From positions 43,739 through 107,738 of the forward strand of contig CAYMXN010000001.1 of NCBI GenBank assembly GCA_964394435.1: 64,000 nt of DNA, written 5' to 3'. The notes beneath the pieces were generated by a model. The model was not told where the DNA came from and searched no databases. It saw only the letters and a list, made by a program, of their open reading frames with translations. The stretch is from an uncultured Candidatus Saccharibacteria bacterium. GTDB lineage: Bacteria > Patescibacteriota > Minisyncoccia > UBA6257 > 1-14-0-10-44-23. The position numbers and the translations under genes were made by a program. How positions within the stretch are numbered: position 1 is the first letter of the stretch; the number at the start of each line of letters is the position of its first letter. This document shows positions 58,072 through 64,000 of this stretch, in pieces.

Positions 58072-58165
58072 GTAGTGAGTAATCAGCAGTCCTGAGGATG
58101 ATATCGTTTCAGGAGTGCCTAAGCAATTTGTGGCAAAACACCGGCTCCGGCCGGTGTTTTGTTTT
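58072..58165 (+). ncRNA. candidate about 95-nt small RNA or leader (promoter to intrinsic terminator)
   Basis: Transcript from about 58072 to terminator aaaacaccggc-tccg-gccggtgttttgtttt (58135-58165); internal hairpin tcctga...tcagga. Confidence 0.35.
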
Positions 58166-58375
58166 GCGGATTTTTGCTGTGATATACTTGAGATATCTTT
58201 GGTGTGTAGAGGGTTGTCGATTGCGATTTGCGCCCATGAGGGCTATCGTTGACGTATACTCACTAAACACAAATTGTATTGGAGTCGTATCCGATGGCCC
58301 TCAGGGGTGCCAATGCAAAGCGGTATAAGGTTTTCGATATATCGACGACCCTCTATCTACCAAAGACTGTTTTAT

Positions 58376-59314
58376 ATGATTCAAGAAAACGTTTTGCTTT
58401 CTCGCTATAGTAATTTTCAAATCGGGGGACGGGCCCGATTTTTTATTGAGGCGAAGGAGCAGGCTGATGTAGCTATGGCCTGTGCGCTGGCGGCGGAGAA
58501 AAAGTTGCCCATCTTTGTGCTTGGGGCGGCGACCAATTTGCTGATTGATGATGCTGGTTTTGATGGAGTGGTTATTCGTGCTGCGTTTAATCAGATACAG
58601 CTTGATGGCACGACGCTGCGCGTTGGCGCGGGAGTGCTGATGAAGGATTTGTTGGAGTTTGCTATCGCCCATCAACTACAAGGATTAGAGTGGGCGGGAG
58701 GGCTACCGGGTACGGTTGGTGGGGCGGTTTTTGGTAACGCGGGGTGCTTTGGTGGTGAGATGAAGGATTCGGTGGGCGAGGTGGTGAGTCTAGTCCTTAC
58801 TGATGGAGTAGTGCGATTAGTTGAGCGTACTAATGCGCAGTGCGAGTTTGCTTATCGGGATAGTTTTTTTAAACGGAGTGCAGCTAGTGGGTTGAGTGAG
58901 ATTATTATTGAAGTCGTATTTGAGCTGCAGCCTGGTGACGGAACGATGCTGCGAGCAGCGGTTGATGAAAAAATCGCGTATCGCCAGCAACGTCAGCCAC
59001 TTGAGTATCCTAATGTGGGTAGTATTTTTAAAAATGTTGATGTACGAGTTATACCTGCTGAAACGTTGAAACAGTTTGAGGCGAAGATAAAGACCGATCC
59101 ATTTCCGGTACTTCCAACTGCGGTACTTATTTCGGCGGCGGGGCTCAAAGGATTTCGTGTTGGCGGAGCGATGGTTTCAGAAAAACACGCGAATTTTATT
59201 GTAAATGTTGGTGGGGCGACGGCGAGTGATGTGAAGGCGGTGATGGCGCAGGTGAAACTTGAGCTCAAAAAGCAGTTTGGCGTCGAAGTTGAGCAGGAGG
59301 TGATTTTTGTGTAG
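58376..59314 (+). CDS. murB: UDP-N-acetylenolpyruvoylglucosamine reductase MurB
   Basis: FAD-binding FQIGGRARFF...LGAATNLL; C-terminal MurB domain; internal ATG of ORF 58274..59314. Confidence 0.8.
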   Translation: MIQENVLLSRYSNFQIGGRARFFIEAKEQADVAMACALAAEKKLPIFVLGAATNLLIDDAGFDGVVIRAAFNQIQLDGTTLRVGAGVLMKDLLEFAIAHQLQGLEWAGGLPGTVGGAVFGNAGCFGGEMKDSVGEVVSLVLTDGVVRLVERTNAQCEFAYRDSFFKRSAASGLSEIIIEVVFELQPGDGTMLRAAVDEKIAYRQQRQPLEYPNVGSIFKNVDVRVIPAETLKQFEAKIKTDPFPVLPTAVLISAAGLKGFRVGGAMVSEKHANFIVNVGGATASDVKAVMAQVKLELKKQFGVEVEQEVIFV

Positions 59315-59385
59315 CCCGGCACACCGGACTTGTCTCGCGAGACCTTGACTCACAGTCTCACAGCGACAAGCTCCGGTGTGCCGGG
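59315..59385. repeat. long nested inverted repeat (14-bp outer stem cccggcacaccgga/tccggtgtgccggg) abutting the murB stop
   Basis: Seen directly; inner stem cttgtc..gcgacaag. Confidence 0.7.
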
Positions 59386-59604
59386 GGTGAAGGGGGAAGT
59401 TGAAGAAGAAATATGTAAGGGCGAATATTTGTAATATTAGTTGAGCGTTGTCGGCTCATTAGGTATACTAAGAGATATGAATCCCGGTAGAGGTATCGGG
59501 ATACTCATATATAGCAGTGGCATTCTGTTTGCTGCTTACAAAAGTCTAATATAAACATAATTTGCATGGATGACGACTTGTTGTCGCATCCTGCTTCTAA
59601 CGGG

Positions 59605-60009
59605 ATGAATATCACTATAAAGGCTACTAATTTAGAGTTAACCCCGCCAATCAAAGAGTATATCGAAGAGAAGATCGGTTCGCTGTCTAAGTTTTTGCAG
59701 CGATATGAGAGTGGCGATGGTCTTATTGCTAGCGTTGAGATTGCACGTACTACCAATCATCATCACAAGGGTGACGTGTATCATGCCGAAGTGAACTTAC
59801 AGCTTCCTAATAAGCTGCTTCGTGCTGCCGAAGAAGACGAGGATGTTCGTGTTGCGATTGGTAAGATTAAAGAGGTTCTTCAGCGTGAGATTGTGCAGTA
59901 TAAGGATATGGGCGGACACCGTGGTTCGACGCTTAGTAAGATTTCCCGTGCCGGAAAGGGTGCGCTCAAGAAAGTAATTTGGTGGAGGAGTGATAAGGAG
60001 CAGGAGTAA
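59605..60009 (+). CDS. hpf: ribosome hibernation promoting factor (HPF/RaiA family)
   Basis: MNITIKATNLELTPPIKEYIEEKIGSL N-terminus typical of S30AE/HPF. Confidence 0.8.
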   Translation: MNITIKATNLELTPPIKEYIEEKIGSLSKFLQRYESGDGLIASVEIARTTNHHHKGDVYHAEVNLQLPNKLLRAAEEDEDVRVAIGKIKEVLQREIVQYKDMGGHRGSTLSKISRAGKGALKKVIWWRSDKEQE

Positions 60010-60077
60010 TGAGTGCGAGGCTTCATGCTAGTATTTATCGCATTTTTTTGTCATAATGCGCAGTATTAACACATTCT

Positions 60078-62546
60078 ATGGCTTTTCTTGGTTTATTTGG
60101 TAAGTCAAAAATTAAGTCTCAATTTAAGAGTATTGTTTCGCAGGTAAATGCTCTTGAGGCGGAGATACAGGCGTTGTCGCCTGACGAGCTGCGTGCAGAA
60201 AGTAAAAAGCTGCAGTTTTTGGTTGCCGAGGATGTGGCGAGCGGAACAAGCGATCAAGATGCGCTTAATAAGATACTTCCACGGGCGTTTGCGTTGGTGC
60301 GTGAAGCAGCAAAGCGTACGCTTGGTCAGCGTCATTTTGACGTTCAGATTATGGGAGGTTTTGTGCTCCATAACAACGCGATTGCCGAGATGCGTACGGG
60401 TGAGGGTAAGACGCTTGTCGCTACGTTGCCAGTGTATCTTAATGCACTGCTTGGTAAGGGTGTGCACGTAGTGACCGTCAACGAGTATTTGGCAAAGCGT
60501 GATGCGGATTGGATGGGTCAGGTGTATCACGCACTCGGATTAACTGTTTCGTGTTTAGTGCACGGTGGTGCGCTTCAGTATGATCCGACGCATATTTCTC
60601 CAGATGCAGAAAAGCTCGTAGATAAAGAGCGTGATACGACTGGGAGCTTTTTAGTTCAAAAAGAGTATCTCAAGCCGATTGATCGTAAGGCTGCGTATGA
60701 GTGTGATATTACTCATGGTACTAATCATGAGTTTGGTTTTGATTATTTGCGCGATAACCTAGCTGCGAGCAAACAGAGTCAAGTTCAGCGCGGACACTAT
60801 TTTGCGGTTATTGATGAGGTAGACTCGATTTTAATTGATGAGGCGCGTACACCGCTGATTATTGCTGCTCCGGATAGTGAGTCGAGTCAGGCGTATAAAA
60901 CGTTTGCTCGGATTGTTGCTCGCCTAGAAAAGGGAGTGGACTATGTCGTGGATGAAAAAGATAAGGGCGTGCAGATTACCGATGAGGGTATTAATAAAGT
61001 AGAGCAGCTAGCGGGGGTGAAAGAGTTGTACGCTCCGGAAAATTTGCGTTTAACGCATTACTTGCAGGAGTCGTTGCGGGCGTACGGATTATTTGTGAAA
61101 GACCGAGATTATATCGTCAAAGGTGATGACGTCATTATTGTTGACCAATTTACCGGGCGCTTGATGCAGGGTCGTCGTTTTTCCGGTGGACTCCACCAGG
61201 CGATTGAGGCGAAAGAAGGAGTGTTAGTTCAGAACGAATCTAAAACATACGCACAGATTTCGATTCAAAACTATTTCCGTTTGTATAAAAAGCTGGCCGG
61301 TATGACTGGTACGGCACAGACTTCGGCTGAAGAGTTCCATAAAGTATATAAGCTTGAGGTAGAGACGATCCCAACGAATCGTCAGCTCGCACGTATTGAT
61401 ATGCCGGATTTGATTTATAAGACGGTTGATGCGAAATATGATGCGATTGTAAAAGATGTGAAAGAGCGTAATGCGAAGGGGCAGCCAGTACTTATTGGTA
61501 CGGTTTCGATTGAGAAGAACGAGGAGCTTTCACGCCGTTTGTCTGCGGCAGGATTAAAGCACGAGATGCTGAACGCGAAGAACAATGAGCGCGAGGGTGC
61601 GATTATTGCTCAAGCCGGTAAAAAGGGTGCTATTACGGTTGCGACGAACATGGCTGGTCGTGGTGTGGACATTATCTTGGGTGGTAATCCGCCAGAGATT
61701 AAGCAGCAGCAAGAGGTGCGTGATATTGGTGGGTTGCACGTTATTGGCACCGAGCGTCACGATAGTCGGCGTATTGATAACCAGTTGCGTGGACGTGCGG
61801 GACGTCAGGGTGATCCGGGTAGCTCGCAGTTTTTCCTTTCGATGGAAGATGACTTAATGCGTATTTTTGGCGGTGACCGTATGAAAGGATTGATGACTCG
61901 TCTAAATTTGCCGGATGATATGCCAATTCAGGCGGGTATTTTGACTCGTTCGATTGGTCAGGCGCAGAGCAAGGTAGAGGGGCGCAATTTTGATGCGCGT
62001 AAGCACTTATTGGAGTATGACGATGTGCTTAATAAACAGCGTCTAGCTATTTATCGTCGTCGCCAGGAGATGATTGAGAGCGGTGTAGTTAAGCGAACTC
62101 AAAAGAGTGAGGTTGAGGGTGAGGCGGAGACAGAGATTGTTTCTAAAGTTCCACTTGGGCCAGCGCTCGCGATGCTTGATACGCTTTGGATGGGACACTT
62201 AGAGAATATGGACGCGCTTCAGGAGTCGGTTCGTTTACGCTCCGTTGGTCAGCATGACCCGCTGATTGAGTATCGCCGTGAGGGACGTATGTTGTATCAA
62301 GATATGCTTGCTGCGTTTGACCAGTGGCTGATTGAAAACGAAGATCGTTTTACTGTACAGATGGCGGATCAGTCTAAAAATCCAGCTCCAAAGTTTAACT
62401 TGCCGTCAGTTCCGGATATTGGGCAGGCGACCGTAGCTCCTGGGGATGAGGGAAGTTCTTCAATAAGCTCGGGCAGTACTGTTGGACGAAATGATCCGTG
62501 CACATGTGGTTCGGGTAAGAAGTATAAAAAGTGTCACGGGAAGTAG
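60078..62546 (+). CDS. secA: preprotein translocase ATPase SecA
   Basis: DEAD motor motifs (MRTGEGKTLV, DEVDSILIDEARTPLIIA); C-terminal zinc-binding CTCGSGKKYKKCHGK. Confidence 0.95.
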   Translation: MAFLGLFGKSKIKSQFKSIVSQVNALEAEIQALSPDELRAESKKLQFLVAEDVASGTSDQDALNKILPRAFALVREAAKRTLGQRHFDVQIMGGFVLHNNAIAEMRTGEGKTLVATLPVYLNALLGKGVHVVTVNEYLAKRDADWMGQVYHALGLTVSCLVHGGALQYDPTHISPDAEKLVDKERDTTGSFLVQKEYLKPIDRKAAYECDITHGTNHEFGFDYLRDNLAASKQSQVQRGHYFAVIDEVDSILIDEARTPLIIAAPDSESSQAYKTFARIVARLEKGVDYVVDEKDKGVQITDEGINKVEQLAGVKELYAPENLRLTHYLQESLRAYGLFVKDRDYIVKGDDVIIVDQFTGRLMQGRRFSGGLHQAIEAKEGVLVQNESKTYAQISIQNYFRLYKKLAGMTGTAQTSAEEFHKVYKLEVETIPTNRQLARIDMPDLIYKTVDAKYDAIVKDVKERNAKGQPVLIGTVSIEKNEELSRRLSAAGLKHEMLNAKNNEREGAIIAQAGKKGAITVATNMAGRGVDIILGGNPPEIKQQQEVRDIGGLHVIGTERHDSRRIDNQLRGRAGRQGDPGSSQFFLSMEDDLMRIFGGDRMKGLMTRLNLPDDMPIQAGILTRSIGQAQSKVEGRNFDARKHLLEYDDVLNKQRLAIYRRRQEMIESGVVKRTQKSEVEGEAETEIVSKVPLGPALAMLDTLWMGHLENMDALQESVRLRSVGQHDPLIEYRREGRMLYQDMLAAFDQWLIENEDRFTVQMADQSKNPAPKFNLPSVPDIGQATVAPGDEGSSSISSGSTVGRNDPCTCGSGKKYKKCHGK

Positions 62547-62547
62547 T

Positions 62548-62814
62548 ATGGCGTTGATTGCGAAAAAAGTTTGGCCAGAATATTTTTCCGCAATACTTTC
62601 GGGTAAGAAAAAGTACGAGCTGCGTTTGAATGATTTTGAGGTAAACGAGGGTGATGTGCTCTTACTTGAAGAGTGGGACCCTCACACAAAGGCGTATACC
62701 GGTAGAAAAATTGAAAAGAAAGTGAGTTATGTTGGCAAGTTTAAGCTTGATCAACTTTTTTGGCCGAAAGAACAAATTGAAGAAAAAGGAATTCAGATTA
62801 TCTCGCTAGAATAG
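62548..62814 (+). CDS. ASCH/PUA-like domain protein (DUF3850-like)
   Basis: KKVWPEYFSAILSGKKKYELRLNDF...EGDVLLL pattern; internal ATG of ORF 62482..62814. Confidence 0.5.
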   Translation: MALIAKKVWPEYFSAILSGKKKYELRLNDFEVNEGDVLLLEEWDPHTKAYTGRKIEKKVSYVGKFKLDQLFWPKEQIEEKGIQIISLE

Positions 62815-62866
62815 GGTAAAAATAAAATGCCCACTAACAACAGTTACGTTGTAGTGGGCGGGAGTC

Positions 62867-63565
62867 TTAGTAGCCAAACGTGTTTCCGGGGATGATGAGC
62901 GCTTTGGCGCCGGCACTGCCAACGCTCATCAGAAATTGTCTCCAGCCTTCGAGTACGGCCTCTGCCATCGGTTGCTTGAGGTTCTCGATGAGTTTTGGCT
63001 CATGAAGTGATCGTTCTTCGCCGATCCAGCGTGCGATATCTGTGCACGCGTGCCAGGTAACCAGCGGCCCCATCGCCCGGTGATACTTATCGCTAGTTAT
63101 GAAGGTATCGAGATCGGGGCGCATTCGCATTTGATTGTGCGTGCGCATCGGCCTGCTCCATAGCGTAGGACATGATAGTGCTAAGTCTTTGTTTGTTTCG
63201 AAGCAGTGAATCGCCTGATTGGTCCCGGTGCTTTTTACTGCGATGACCGCTTGGTCTTTTTCGCCCAGCATTGAGAGTAGGAAGGGTGGCGCAATGCAGC
63301 GGCTCTTTTCAGCTTCGACTACCAACCCTTGATTGTGGTAACAGCAACGTCCAATGTAGGTGAGGGCGACGCTGCGTGGCTCTCTTGGTGTTCGATTGAT
63401 GTTGCCGAGGTCGATTTGATCGTCAGCTGACCAAATGACAAAACCGTCGGGGTCCTCTTTGTATCCCGATGTTTCTTGGAGCAGGGCTTTACCGTCATCT
63501 GCATTGGAAATTGGCACAAGATGTATCTGCGGGTAGACGATGAGGAGTTTGAGGTGGCAGCTCAT
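62867..63565 (-). CDS. hypothetical protein (about 232 aa), Cys/His-containing, no family recognised
   Basis: RBS aaggaga 6 nt upstream of ATG at 63565. Confidence 0.45.
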   Translation of the reverse strand: MSCHLKLLIVYPQIHLVPISNADDGKALLQETSGYKEDPDGFVIWSADDQIDLGNINRTPREPRSVALTYIGRCCYHNQGLVVEAEKSRCIAPPFLLSMLGEKDQAVIAVKSTGTNQAIHCFETNKDLALSCPTLWSRPMRTHNQMRMRPDLDTFITSDKYHRAMGPLVTWHACTDIARWIGEERSLHEPKLIENLKQPMAEAVLEGWRQFLMSVGSAGAKALIIPGNTFGY

Positions 63566-63750
63566 TAGTAGTCTCCTTGTTTTATTTTTCGATGACCTAC
63601 CCACACTCTATCTATCCTTATCTAGAGTGTCAATGCGATGAAACTTTCTTGTCTTAACGGGTGTATTATGTAAGAGATCGTTGTTTAGTTTAGCTATAGC
63701 CTATACGGGTAGAGGGCGGGGCGTTTATTTTTAAAATTATATTTTTCTAT

Positions 63751-64000
63751 ATGGATTTTTCTAAGTCAGTAAAGCCGGAGGTGATTGGTAGGGCGAGTGA
63801 GGCGTTAGCTGCGAATGGATTTACGGTAGTAGTGGCTGAAACTGGTGCGCAGGCGAAACAAGAGGTGCTTAATTTAATTCCGAAAAATGCCGAGGTAATG
63901 ACGATGACGTCGGTTACGCTTGATACGATTGGGGTTGCGAAGGCGATTAATGATTCGGGAGATTATGACTCGGTACGCTTAAAGCTCAATACGATGAACC
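63751..64000 (+). CDS. LUD-domain (LutC/YkgG, DUF162) protein, 5' partial (runs off the window)
   Basis: MDFSKSVKPEVIGRASEALAANGFTVVVAETGAQAKQEVLNLIPKNAEVMTMTSVTLDTIG matches the LUD-domain N-terminus. Confidence 0.5.
   Translation, partial: MDFSKSVKPEVIGRASEALAANGFTVVVAETGAQAKQEVLNLIPKNAEVMTMTSVTLDTIGVAKAINDSGDYDSVRLKLNTMN

Noticed and set aside
58098-58328. 76-aa ORF overlapping the candidate sRNA and its terminator
   Set aside because: Reads through a strong intrinsic terminator hairpin; Cys/Arg-rich; no RBS.
1-64000. Searched for CRISPR arrays, transposases, integrases and rRNA
   Set aside because: No array of three or more regularly spaced repeats, no DDE or tyrosine/serine recombinase signatures, and no rRNA-like segments were seen. 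Repeats present are the 43-bp pair, the 29-nt tRNA-end pair and the 24-nt pair only.

Overview
This 64-kb window is AT-moderate (about 45-48% GC) bacterial chromosome. Many genes start with TTG or GTG, operons are tightly packed, and the dcw cluster is fragmented. This is consistent with a reduced-genome, possibly Patescibacteria/CPR-like organism; that placement is inference from gene content only.

Recognisable housekeeping genes:
- Division and cell wall: mraZ, rsmH, an ftsL-like gene, ftsI, murF; murB lies 52 kb away.
- Translation and tRNA: rplU, cysS, efp, mnmA, a class IIb Asp/Asn-tRNA ligase, lepA, hpf, tRNA-Glu(CUC) and tRNA-Lys(UUU).
- Replication and repair: recR, dnaB.
- Chaperones: grpE, dnaK, dnaJ.
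- Secretion: secD, secF, secA, a signal-peptidase-I-like gene.
- Other: corA-like, ndk, a patatin-like lipase, a HIT protein, and ComEC split into two ORFs.

The most unusual region is a ~25-kb accessory cell-surface locus at about 24.4-49.7 kb. It contains:
- a sigma-region-4/HARE-HTH protein;
- two membrane proteins, one with a HEPN-like RNxxxH motif;
- a tandem pair of paralogous TraD/VirD4-like (FtsK-HerA superfamily) P-loop ATPases, one with a C-terminal Zn-ribbon;
- several large Ser/Thr/Gly-rich secreted proteins that share novel C-terminal domains;
- two tandem modules of a giant surface protein followed by a CscA-like membrane-anchored partner;
- a glycosyltransferase, a class-A beta-lactamase-like hydrolase and two SAM methyltransferases, with a 24-nt duplicated gene start;
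- an adjacent dockerin/cohesin gene pair.

Other notable items:
- an MraZ-box-like repeat array upstream of mraZ;
- a complete tRNA-Glu followed by a GC-rich, highly structured ~390-bp insert that ends in a 29-nt repeat of the tRNA 3' end;
- two tandem RHH (CopG-like) genes, each followed by an identical 43-bp palindromic element;
- three short GC-rich islands;
- two promoter-to-terminator small-RNA/leader candidates, upstream of lepA and murB.

No CRISPR array, transposase or integrase was found.
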